NCBI GenBank assembly: GCA_030390025.1
Contig: JASTWF010000180.1
Coordinates: 186,001-250,000 of the forward strand
Length of the DNA: 64,000 nucleotides
Direction of reading: 5' to 3'
From: Squalus acanthias
Taxonomy: Eukaryota
In this document: piece after piece, positions 49,409-60,832 of the stretch
How the letters are laid out: each line of letters starts with the position of its first letter
Numbering within the stretch: position 1 is the stretch's first letter
Made by a program: the position numbers and the translations under genes
Notes under the pieces: generated by a model
The model's input: the letters and a program-made list of their open reading frames with translations, nothing else
Databases searched by the model: none
Told to the model about the DNA's origin: nothing

Positions 49409-50090
49409 CTCGTGTAACTGCATTGGTATATTTCTGTCATATAGTTATTATAACTAAAAGTATATATATATATTATAATTAACAGCAGAAGGTCTAATCA
49501 TAAATATAGGGACCAGCTCAGCCTCGCTCCTGATCACACTGTTCCCCTGACGCGCTGATATGCTGAGCGACGCAATAACTTAATAATTAACCATTTGGAA
49601 CAACGAATTCCATGTGAACTTAATGCCTGCATTTAAAAATGTGATCATGGAATGCCATAATTAAATAAACTGAAGAATGTTCTCAGTCTGTAATTCGCCA
49701 CGAGACTGAAACCAACCATGAACCCATCCTCCTACTGCCCTCTGGTGACGATTACATGCAATCGTTATCAAAGTTATTTCAGAGAGTGGGAGGCCCGGTG
49801 TGAGCTCAGAGACAGTGTGAGCTGGTGTTAGTGAAAAACACTGAGAGTGGGCGGACCGGTGTGAGCTCAGAGACAGTGTGAGTTGGTGTTAGTGAAAAGC
49901 ACTAAGTGTGCGCAGCCCGGGCTGGGTAAACGCCGAGACTGAGCTTGTTTCGTTAGTTCGACAGGCAGAACCTCTGAGTGAAGCGGGAGTTGGTCTCCTA
50001 TTTAATGCTGCTGAATATAATATCGGTGTCCTGGTTCTAACCAGACCTCAGTGTACAATATTTTCAGCCTCCTTTTCATCTGATCCGATA

Positions 50091-50352
50091 ATGCTCCGGG
50101 TTTACAGAGTTTCCCTGTTGATTTACACTCTGATATGCACGGACGTGAGCGGTGAAGGTGAGGTGACGCAGCTCCCTCGGCGGGTGGTTGTTAGTGAAGA
50201 GGGAATCGTATCCATCAACTGCACCATTATCGCTGCGTTTAGCGTCGTGCGCTGGTACAGACAGCACCCGGATCAGACCCTCCAGCATCTGGTGATGGCC
50301 ACAAGCGGGACCGATCAACACGGGAGGATGAGTGTTTCAATCGGGGGTGGCA
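50091..50352 (+). pseudogene. Family-F V copy F2, intronless, truncated in FR3 and fused to the family-C upstream region
   Basis: MLRVYRVSLLIYTLICTDVSGEGEVTQ...WYRQHP...SIGGGN then switches to NELNRPLVTALLLNLCLTSFQEI*; no YYC or RSS. Confidence 0.85.
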
Positions 50353-50647
50353 ACAATGAACTGAACAGGCCCCTGGTTACCGCTCTCCTTCTCAATCTCT
50401 GCCTCACTTCATTCCAAGAGATATAATCAGCTATGTTTCTCATAATACTGGCGGCTGTGATGGACACCGAGTGCTGGTTTATATTTAAAATTCACAGCTC
50501 AGCAGATTGATGAAAAGAGTTTGTTCAGGGAATCAGAGATATCCATGTAATGGACAGTTGGGTACATGGGAATATACTCTCTGAGAGATAGACGCAAGTT
50601 TAACTCGATTCTGTATAACCTCCTGTTCTTCTGTTCCCCTATCTTAG

Positions 50648-50920
50648 GCGGACTGTATGTCGATCCACTCACTCAGTCTCCGATGACAATTGCCATGTCA
50701 GCAGGGTGTTCGGTGCAGTTAGATTGCGAATATACAACCCTGGATATTGACCACATGCAATGGTACCGACAGAACCCGGCACAGACTCCAAGCCGGATAA
50801 TTAGCAAAGTAGCAGCACTGAAGGGAGTCGAAATCTCAGGACAATATGTGGAGGCTGTTGACAAGTCTAGAAAGCATGGTTAACTCAATATAAATGTTGG
50901 TCTCTTACTGTGCAGTGAGG
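50648..50920 (+). pseudogene. Family-C V pseudogene C4
   Basis: TAA at 50881-50883; same FR3 deletion as C3; RSS CACACCG-23-ACAAAAAGC at 50921-50959. Confidence 0.87.
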
Positions 50921-52188
50921 CACACCGTCAGATAAAAGCAAAGGCCCCGTACAAAAAGCTCAGCGAGTATTTACAGCTCAATTGGGTGTGGATAGTAACA
51001 GTTAGCCGGCCTTTGGTGAGCTGCCATCGGGTTAGCGAGGCACCAGTCTCAGTCTTTTTACCAATAACCAGCTGATGGTCTGTATCTCAAACGGGAATAT
51101 TTACTCAAATTCAAACAGATGCCTGAGGCGAGGTTACAGGGAACACCTTCAACCGGCCATTGTTTACAACTATTTTCCAATATTTCAAGCGTAACTTTAC
51201 ATCCTCCTTCTTTCTTTCTGTTATTCATTTTTCACATCTAATTATCTCTCATATATATATATATATCTGTGTGTGTTTGTGTGTGATTGAGAGAGATAGA
51301 GACAACCACACAGAGCCGCGCACACACGGAACACTCTGAGCAATTTCCGAGGACCAAGCTGGTACATTATCTCTCTGGACATGATTGCAAACCTTCTCCA
51401 GGATACAGCCTTCCTGTCTAAATAGGGATTCACAAATAATAATGGATAGTTAGCTGAAAAGGAGAAATTTAGTGGGCTATAGGGAAACAGCAGTTCAGAT
51501 GCGCAAATCAAAAAGCCGACACAGGCACGATGGGCCGAATGGCCTCCTTCTTTGCTGTATGTTTCATGGAATGAGCCCAGAAGGAAAGTTAAAGAGACAC
51601 CAGGGGGCGACTTTGACCCAGGAGGACAGTCATCGTGTAGTTTCAGGCTCTCACCACTTGGTGGCTCCGTGGCGTGGAGTTCTGTCTTCTCTCGGTCGCT
51701 ATTTCCTACATTGAAATCATATTTACTCTCCCCGATAGTGCTAAGGACAGCTCAGTATTGTTTATATAAAATGTCACAGCTACATGCAATGAACTAAATG
51801 ACTTAGGAAGGGGACAATTTCCCTGTACACTGAGTGTAGCGAATGCTAAGTCCTTCCACGAAGACTTCCTCGGGTCGCTCTCTCCAAATCAACCTTAAAG
51901 AAATTAAGTTGTTCAAAAAGAAACAGTTGCTGTTTTCCCTAGAAATGACGACCAGTGGAATCTCCATTGAAAAATTCGGATGTTGCTGCACGCACATCAG
52001 TGACCAGAGCAATTCTCCCCCCTCCGTGATGGTGTGAAATTATCACAAACGGATGTGACATGGTTGCAGAGTCACTTCCCTTTCTAAGCTTTCCACAGGG
52101 TAAATAGTTCAGACTGGTCCGGTACTGGTTGCAGTTTTTGCTACAGTAGTGAAGGGGTCGATGCTCATATTGTGACCCCCGGACAGTG

Positions 52189-52488
52189 ATGTGTTTCCTG
52201 TTTATTTCAGTGTAGTGTTGGCGTTCTCTGTGCTGTGCAATTACATTGTGAATCCGAGTAGGAAACACACCAATAGGTCCAGTTAGAGGGGCGGATATGT
52301 GTAAATGTTCAATTTCTCTTCCAGCCAACAGTAAACCTGTTATTTATCACCAAATACAACACGTTACCAGGCGACTTCGCCAAGAACCGTTTCACAGCAG
52401 AGCTGAGTGCAGAAGAGGGCGCGGTTCGGCTGAGAGTTTCTGGGGAGGAGCTGTCAGACCGCGCCGTGTATTACAGCGTTCTGACACC
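52189..52488 (+). pseudogene. Family-B V pseudogene B5
   Basis: Leader frameshift; GCAATT donor; about 143-nt FR1-FR2 deletion at CAG microhomology; YYC>YYS; RSS CACAGCT-23-AGAAATACT at 52489-52527. Confidence 0.85.
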
Positions 52489-53641
52489 CACAGCTGCACA
52501 GCTCTGTGCCCGTCCTGTAGAAATACTGCAGCACATCGTGTGTAAATAGAAATACCCGCCTGTGATGGTCTTATTTGGACAGTTGCTGTCAGCTCAGAAT
52601 ATTCCCACCGGGCAGCTCCCAATAGTTCTGAATAGAGGAGTATGGTTTTAGATTTCATGCACTCTATAATGAGGGGTGAACAGGAGGAAACCCGCGCAGG
52701 TTTAATAGGCCAATGTAATGTGTGTTCAATTTCAAGTTTCCCTCTTCACTACCGCTTTGCTTTTTTTCATCATTACACCCCTTAAACCAGCACAGAAGTG
52801 TGCAGCTTTGCTTAGGTTTGGGATTATATTGAAAAGGCTCCAAACCTTCCCTTTTCAGAGTGTTGGGTTAATTTCTGTCGGTGTGTGACTGCTCACCGAG
52901 AACACTAATTTCATTCTCCTGTAACATCCGTGTTTACAACGAGGTGTCCGCTCTGTGGTAGAATTCCTCTGATCGCTACTTCTGCTGTCATAATGAACGC
53001 ATTCTAAAAGAATGAATGACGATTCTACTAAACTAGCGATCAGACGAGATTTCCCGCTGTGTTTGGCTGTCTCTCAGGTCAATTAGAGATCAAGCTGTCT
53101 CTCAGGTAAATTAGAGATCAAGCTCTCTCTGAGGTCAGTTTGAGATCAAGCTGTATCTCGGGTCAATTAGAGATCAAGCTATCTCTCAGGTCAATTAGAG
53201 ATCACTCTGTGTCTTTTTCTTAGTCTTTCTCGCTCTGATCAGCAGAATGAGACGTTAATGTCTCAGTTCTCTGAATTAAACTACTGGTTAAGGACTTGAC
53301 ATCAGCCCAGCCCCAGTCGGCACTCTCATTCCTTTCTGATTGATGTTCTGCAGGAAGTGACATCAGACCAGCTCCAACCGGTGCTCTCAGCTCTTTCTGA
53401 TTGATGCTCTGCTGGAAGTGACGGCAGGCCAGCCTAAACCGGTGCTCTCAGCTCTTTCTGATTTATGTTTAGCAGGAAGTGACGGCTGACCAGCCCCAGG
53501 CGACCCTCTCAGCTCTTTCTCATCGATGTTCCGCAGGAAATGACGGCAGACCAGTCCGAGGCGACGCTCTCAGTTCATTATATTTGATGTTCTGCAGGTA
53601 CCTGAGACACAAAAAGTCCCTCCAATTCCGGAGCAGCAGTA

Positions 53642-54705
53642 ATGCGGCTCAACGTTTTCGCGGTGCTCTGGGTGACATTCCTTCTCGGTAAGAACTTTAT
53701 AACTTCAAAAAGGAATTCATTTCTCGAGGAATACAATTGAAAAACAGAGCGGTTACGGTAAACTTGTATCGAACCTTGGTTAGACCAGACTTGGAGAAAT
53801 GTGCTTCTCTCTCGTCTTCATATTACACAAAGACATGGAGGCACTAGAGAAAATGCAGCAAAAATTCACAAGAACGATACCAGAACTGAGCGATTATAAC
53901 TTTAGGAAAGATTCAACCGGCTTGGGCTCTTTACTCCAGCTTAGTCGCGACCCGATAGAGGTCTTTAAAATTACGAAGGTGATTGATCGGGTAGACGTAG
54001 AGATAATCTTCCACTTGCGGTGGAGTCCCAAACTCGGCGGCAGAAATATTAGATAATCACAAAAAAATCAACTAAGACATTCAAGAGAAAATTCATTACC
54101 AAGGTTAGAATGTGGAATTCGCTGACACAAGGAGGCGTTGAGACGAACAGCATAGATGCGTTTTAGGGAAAGTTAGATAAACGCATGAGGGAGAAAGGAT
54201 TAGAAGGATATGCTGATAGGGGGAGATGAAGAAGGCTCGTGTGGAGCATAAACATCGGCATAGACCAGCTGGGCCGAATGATCTACTTCTGTTCTGTAAA
54301 TTCTATTGAATTTTATGTTAAAATCACCACGCATTTTCACCGTCAGTTGGTTAAATTTGAAACTTTAATCGATGATTTCCGCTTTCTTTAACCGTGTGTT
54401 CCAGATCTGAGCGTTGGAGATTCTGTCACTCAGCGGGAGCCCTCGCTCACACAGACAGAGGGAGAGGATGCCACTTTAACCTGCACCTATTCCGGCGCTG
54501 GTTACTTATTCTGGTACCGCCAATATCCAGGCAGACAGCCCGAGTTTGCAGTCCGGAGGTACACGGACGGCAGTACTGAAAATAAGGCGGATTTCGCTCA
54601 AGGCCGGTTTTCTGATACAGTCCAGCAGTCAGAAAAGTTGTACCGATTGACCATCTCGGAGCTGCGCTTGACTGACACCGCGGTGTATTACTGTGCACTG
54701 AGCCT
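53642..54705 (+). CDS. TRAV/DV: TCR alpha/delta V segment A7, apparently functional (leader 53642-53687, V exon 54405-54705); not in the ORF track
   Basis: Leader MRLNVFAVLWVTFLL; open V DLSVGDSVTQ...YSGAGYLFWYRQ...YYCALS; RSS CACAGTG-23-ACAATAACT at 54706-54744. Confidence 0.92.
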
Positions 54706-55239
54706 CACAGTGATGGGAACGAGCTAAAGCCTCGTACAATAACTGCAGCAGGTTTCTGTGTCACAGCTGCTGTCTGTAGTTGGCTGTTTATCACAGCGGG
54801 TCAGACACTGACTCGTGAATACATTCCTGTGCGCGCAGACCCCCAGCAGAATCCACATCAAACTCATATAACACCCTTCACATCGAATACTGATTCCGTC
54901 TGATTATTGTATTAGCTGTGCGAGGTCAGCATTGGCTGCTGTTTATTTGTGTATCTCTGGGAAACCGTCGGTCCCATTGAGAATAAACACACCTGCGGGT
55001 ACTGGAACAGGTTATATCGATGCAGCGCTGCTTCGGATATAACGCACTGCAAGCGGACAAATAATGATTGGTTTAAAATATCAATCTACAGTGTAGACAG
55101 AGATAGGTCGGGTGCGGAAGTTCCCAATAATTCTAATAACGATAATAAGCAATTCTCAATATTAAAGACACTTACACTTATTAACGTTAATAATCTTCTA
55201 TATTCGCAGGTTCCAGGATGTCACATTCAGGACAAAATT

Positions 55240-56345
55240 AGAACGTATGAAATAGGAGCAGGAATAGGTCATTTGGCCCTTCGAACCTGCTCCGCATTCA
55301 ACAAGATCATGGCTAATCTTATACCTGAACTCCATCTTCCCGCACTTACCCCATGTCCCTTAATTCCGTTCCTTCCCCAAAAATGTATCGACCTCTGTCT
55401 TAAATATACTCAACGACCGAGCATCCACTTACCGCTTATTCTGTGACTGTGAGCCCGTGTTCTAGATTCCCCAGCCAGGGGAAACCTTTACCCCGCATTA
55501 ACCCTGTCAAGGCCCTTAAGAATTTTATACGTTTAAATTAGATCACCTCTCATTCTTCTAAACTCTAAGGAATATAGGCCAGTCTATTCAATCTCTCCTC
55601 ATTGAGCAATCCCCTTATCCCAAGTACCAGTCTAGTGAACCTTCACTGCACTCCCACCAAGGCAATTATGATTTTCCTTATGTAAGGAGACCAAATTTGT
55701 ACACAGTACTCCAGGTGTGGCCTCACCAATTCGCTGTTTAATTGTACCAAGACTTCTTTACACGTATACTCTAAACCCTTTGTAACAAAAGCTAACATAC
55801 CATTTGCTTTCGTAATTGCTTGCTGTACCTGAGTGTTAACTTTCTGTGATTCATGTACAAGGACACCCAGGTCCTTCTGAGTGCAAACATTTCCCAGCCA
55901 CTAACCATTGAAAAAATAATCTGCTTTTTTGTTTTTCCTACCAAAGTGGATAACTTCACAATTCCCCACATTGTATTCCATTTGCCATGTTCTTGCCCAC
56001 TCAGTCAACCGATCTATATCTCGCTTATTCCTACTCTCTGTTTTCTATCCAATAACTAATCCTGAATTCATGCTAATAACCTCTTGTGTGTCACCTTATT
56101 GAATGTTTTTTGAAAATTCAAATACACTACATCCACTGGTTCCCCCTTATCCATCCTATTAGTTAAATCTTCAAAAAACAGATTTGTCAAACACGACTTC
56201 CCCTTCATAAAACCGAGTTGACTTTGGCTAATTATATTATGATTTTCCAAGTGCCCTAATAACAGATTCTAGCATTTTGCCTACTACTGATGTCAGGCTA
56301 ACTGGCCTACAGTTCCCCATTTTTCTCTTTCTCCTTTCTTAAATA
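55240..56345 (-). mobile_element. CR1 LINE, paralogue of 1709-2945
   Basis: QSQLGFMKGKSCLTNL, VDVVYLNFQK motifs; same insertion point. Confidence 0.85.
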
Positions 56346-56421
56346 GCCGATGAACACACATTAATCGACTAATAATCTGTTCTATGTACCAGACCAGATA
56401 GTCAGAAGACTGTGACTGTGT

Positions 56422-56715
56422 CTGCTGACTGTGCCAATACACATAATGTGCAGCACCGCTTGTTGTCAAGATGTAGCCTGGTGTGACATTACTTTCCCCC
56501 TCAACCGTCATTTCAGGATCGGGCTGTTTCACTGTGTCTTGGTGGCTCCATTCTGACATAAAATATTAGTAATAGTGATTATCATCACCAACATCACTGG
56601 GCTAATAATAACATCTGGGTTGTAGCATTCAGGAGGTGAATTGATTTTTATTGGGAAGGAAATACTTACTGAGGAGTGATATAATGATGAGGAGCGGTGC
56701 GAGACGGTTCCTAAT
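56422..56715 (-). pseudogene. Inverted family-D V remnant
   Basis: Leader start ATG>ATT; WSHQDTVKQPDPEMTVEGESNVT...WHSQQ then truncated. Confidence 0.85.
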
Positions 56716-57670
56716 GCTGGTCCCTGCGCCTGTAACTCTGCAGTCCGGGGAATCCTCCGTCGGAGCAGAAATACAGATCCTGTATCCCAATGCACTGCTG
56801 ATCACACCAATGCCAAACAGGGAACAGCGGCAACAATCTCTCCAATAACACAGGGAAGGCAAGGCGGGTCAGAGCGAGAGCAGGAAACGGAAGTTGTGGG
56901 CGGGGCTGCAGAGGACTCAAAATTGAGCGAAATCAAGTCTCTGTTTCACGCCAGAAAGTGCGCGGCGCCGCTCAGCTGCACTCGGAGTTAATGGAGCGGA
57001 AAGTGGGATGGTTGTGTCTCGAGAATGCTGTGGCAAAACTGCTCCTGTTCACTGAGCAAGTGAATGGGAATAAATAGAGGTGGAGCGAAATGAAGGGATT
57101 CCATTGCTTCAGAAATAATGACCGGGTTTAATCAGTTCCAATCTAGAATTTTGAGACAAAATATCTGGCACACGTTGTTTTTATATATGATCAATAAACA
57201 CTAAATCCCCGCAATGACCTTATTCCAAATCGGATTGAACAAAATGCGCCAGCAGTGGGCGGCAAACACAAGCATGGTAATTAGAATGTCACGTGATGCA
57301 AACACCAAGATCAATAACGATCGAAGCCTGAGTGAGGTCACAATTGGGCCGCCTCCTGCAGTGTGCGGGTGGAACATTGAGCTGAACAGGCCCGGGTTAC
57401 CGCTCTCCTTCTCAATCTCTGCCTCATTTCATTCCAAGAGATATAATCAGACATATTTCTCATAATACTGGCGGCTCTGATGGACACCGAGTGCTGGATT
57501 ATATTTAAAAAACACAGGTCAGCAGATTGATGCAAAGAGTTGGTGCAGGGAATCAGAAATATCCATATGATGGACAGTTGGGTGCATGGGCGGTTACACA
57601 CACACAGATAGACGCAAATTTAAATCGACCCTGTTTAACCTCCTGTACTTCTGTTCCCCTATCTTCTCAG

Positions 57671-57963
57671 GCGGACTATGTGCAGATCCAGTAACTCAGT
57701 CTCCGGTGACAATTGCCGTGTCAGCAGGGTGTTCGGTGCAGTTAGATTGCGAATATACAACCCTGGATATTGACTACATGCAATGGTCCCGAAAGAACCC
57801 GGCACAGACGCCAAGCCGGATAATTAGCAAAGTAGCAGCACTGAACGGAGTCGAATTCACCGGACAATATCTGGCGGCTGTTGATCAGTCTAGAAAGTAT
57901 GGTTACCTTAATATAAGGGGCCTGAGTGTGGGAGACGGGGCGGTCTATTACTGTGCAGTGAGG
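57671..57963 (+). pseudogene. Family-C V C5: open V exon but no intact leader found (ORF or pseudogene)
   Basis: GLCADPVTQSPVTIAVSAGCSVQLDCEY...QWSRKNP...DGAVYYCAVR; RSS CACCGCG-23-ACAAAAACT at 57964-58002; candidate leader near 57340-57440 lacks an ATG and a donor. Confidence 0.75.
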
Positions 57964-58280
57964 CACCGCGTCAGATAAAAGGAAAGGCCCCGTACAAAAA
58001 CTGAGCGAGTATTTACAGCTCCATTGGGTCTGGATGGAAACAGTTAACCGGCCTTTGGTGCGCGGCCATCGGGTTAGTGAGGCACCAGTTTCTGTCTCTT
58101 TACCTATAACCTGCTGATGGTCTGTATCTCAAACGGGAATATTGACTCAAATTCAAACAGCCTGCGTGAGGCGAGGCGAACACCTTCAACCGGCCATTGT
58201 TTACAACTATTTTCCAATATTACAAGCGTAATTTTACATCCTCCTTCTTTCTTTCTGTTATTCAATTTCTCCATTTAATT

Positions 58281-58302
58281 ATCTCTCATATATATATTTA
58301 TA

Positions 58303-58341
<39 letters not shown>

Positions 58342-58380
58342 GTGTGTGTGTGTCTGTGTGATTGAGAGAGATAGAGACAA
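58281..58380. repeat. Compound (AT)n(GT)n(AG)n microsatellite
   Basis: Direct reading; paralogous shorter versions at about 4920, 31550 and 51245. Confidence 0.9.
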
Positions 58381-59263
58381 CCACAGAGAGGCGCGCGCAC
58401 ACACAGAACACTCTGAGCAATTTCCGAGTACCAAACTGCTGCATTAACTCTCTGTACATGATTGCAAATCTTCTGTAGTACACAACCTTCCTGTCTAAAT
58501 AGGGATTCACAAAAAGAATGGATATTTAGCTGAAACGGAAATATTTAGAGTGCTATAGGGAAACAGCAGTGCAGTAGCACAAAACAAAGAGCCGACACTG
58601 GCATGCTGGACCGAATGGCCTCCTTCTTTGCTGTATGATTTATGGAATGAACAGAGAAGTAAAGTTAAAAAGGCACTAGGGGGCGACTTTGTCCCAGGAG
58701 AACAGTCATCGTGTAGTTTCAGGCTCTGGCCACTTGGTGGCTTCGTGGAGCGAAGTTCTGTCGTCTCTCGGTTGCTATTTGCTATATTAAAATCATATTT
58801 ACTCTCCCCGATAATGCTACTGGCAGCTCAGTACTGTCTATGTAAAATGCTACTGCTACATGCAATGAGCTAAATAACTAAGGAAGGGGGACAATATCCC
58901 TGTTTACTGAGTGCAGCGAATGGTAAATCCTTCCACGAAGATTTCCACTCGTCGCTCACTCTAAATGAACCTTTAACAAATTAAGTTGTTCAAAAATAAC
59001 GAGTTTCTGACTTCCATAGACATACCGACCAGTGGATTCTACATTGAAACATTTCGGATACTGCTGCACACACAGTGACCAAAACAATTCTCCCCGCTCG
59101 CTGATGGTGGGACAATGTCACAAACTGGTTGACATAGTTGCAGAGTCACTTCCCTTTCTATGCCTGTCACAGGGTTAAATAGTTCAGCCTGGATCGGCAC
59201 TGGTGGCAGTTTTTGCTGCAGCAGAGAAGGTGTCATTGCTCATATTGTGACCCCCGGACTGCG

Positions 59264-59707
59264 ATGTGTTTCCCTGTTTATTTCACTGTGGGATTGGCGC
59301 TCTCTGTGCTGTGTAAGTACATGTTGAAGCCGAGTAGAAAACACAACAACAGGTCCGGTTAGTGGAGTGGATATTTGTAAATGTTCAATTTCTCTTCCAG
59401 CCAACAGCGTTTGCGGCGAATCCGTGCGTCAAGACTATTCGAACAGGACGGTGCCAGAAGGAAAAACGGTTACGCTGAATTGTAGTTTTACAACAACAAA
59501 TACAAACCCTGAGCTTTCCTGGTACCGGCAGCTTCCCGGTCAGGCCCCAGTAAACGTGTTGTTTATCAACAAATACGACTCGTTCCCAGCCGACTTCGCC
59601 AAGGACCGTTTCACAGCAGAGCTGAGCGCAGAGGCGAGTGCGGTTCGGCTAAGAGTTTCTGGGGCGGAGCTGTCAGACGGCGCCGTGTATTACTGCGCTC
59701 TGAGACC
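59264..59707 (+). CDS. TRAV/DV: Family-B V B6: intact leader, splice sites and frame, but RSS heptamer destroyed (leader 59264-59312, V exon 59401-59707)
   Basis: MCFPVYFTVGLALSVL / SNSVCGESVRQ...LNC...WYRQLPG...DGAVYYCALRP; heptamer position reads AGCAGCT (59708-59714), nonamer AGAAATACT (59738-59746). Confidence 0.8.
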
Positions 59708-60832
59708 AGCAGCTGCACAGCTCTGTGCCCGTCCTGTAGAAATACTGCAGCACACCGCGTGTAAATAGAACAGTGTGCGGCCGGAATACCTGCCTTTGAT
59801 GGTCTTATTAGGACAGTTACTGTCAGGACAGAACATTCCCACAGGTCAGCACCAACAGCTCTGAATAGAGGAGTATGGTGTTAGATTTCACTCACTCTAT
59901 AATGAGGGGTGAACAGGAGGAAACCCGCGCAGGTTTAGTAGTCCAATGTACCGTGTAATATCTGTTCAATTTCAAGTTTTCCTCTCACTGCCGCTGTGTT
60001 TGTTTCATTTTCACACCTCTTAAACCAGCACAGAAGTGTGCAGCTTTGCTTAAGTTTGGGGTTATATTCAAAGGGCTCTAAACCTTCCCTTTTCTGAGTG
60101 TTGGTTTACTTTCTGTCGCTGTGTGACGGCTCAGCCAGAGCATTAATTTAATTCTCCTGTAACATTCGTGTCTACACCGAGGTGTCCGCTCTGAGTGGTA
60201 GAATTCCTCTGGTCGCTACTGGTCGTGACTTCGTGAACGAAATCTAAACCAATAAATGACGCTTCTACTAAACTAGCGATCAGACGAGATGTCCCGCTGT
60301 GTTTGGGATGTCGCTAACTCAGGGAGACCAGAGGAAATCTTCCCCTTGTGTATCCCCAGCAGAAGGTTAATCAAACCCGACCTCCTGTCAACCACATCAG
60401 TCTGATTACTGACAGTGAGAGAAACAAACTGAACATCTTCATCTACATTCCAGTAGTTTTTATCACTTTGAGGCTACTTTCCTCAGGTCAATCTGTCTCT
60501 CAGGTCAATTAGAGATCAAGCTGTATCTTTTTCTTAGTCTTTCTCGCTCTGATCAGCAGGATGCGACGTTACTTTCTCAGTTCTCTGAAATAAACTAGTG
60601 GTTAAAGACGTGACTCAGACCCGGCCCAACCGGTGCTCTGAGCTCTTTCTGCTTGCTGTTCTGCAGGAGGTGACGTCAGACCAGCCCCAACCGGTGCTCT
60701 CAGCTCTTTCTGTCTGATGTTCTGCAGGAAATGACGTCAGACCAGCCCCAAACGGTGCTCCCAGCTCTTTCTATTTGATGTTCTGCAGGTTCCTGAGACA
60801 GGAAAGTTCCCTCCAATTCCGGAGCAGCAGCA

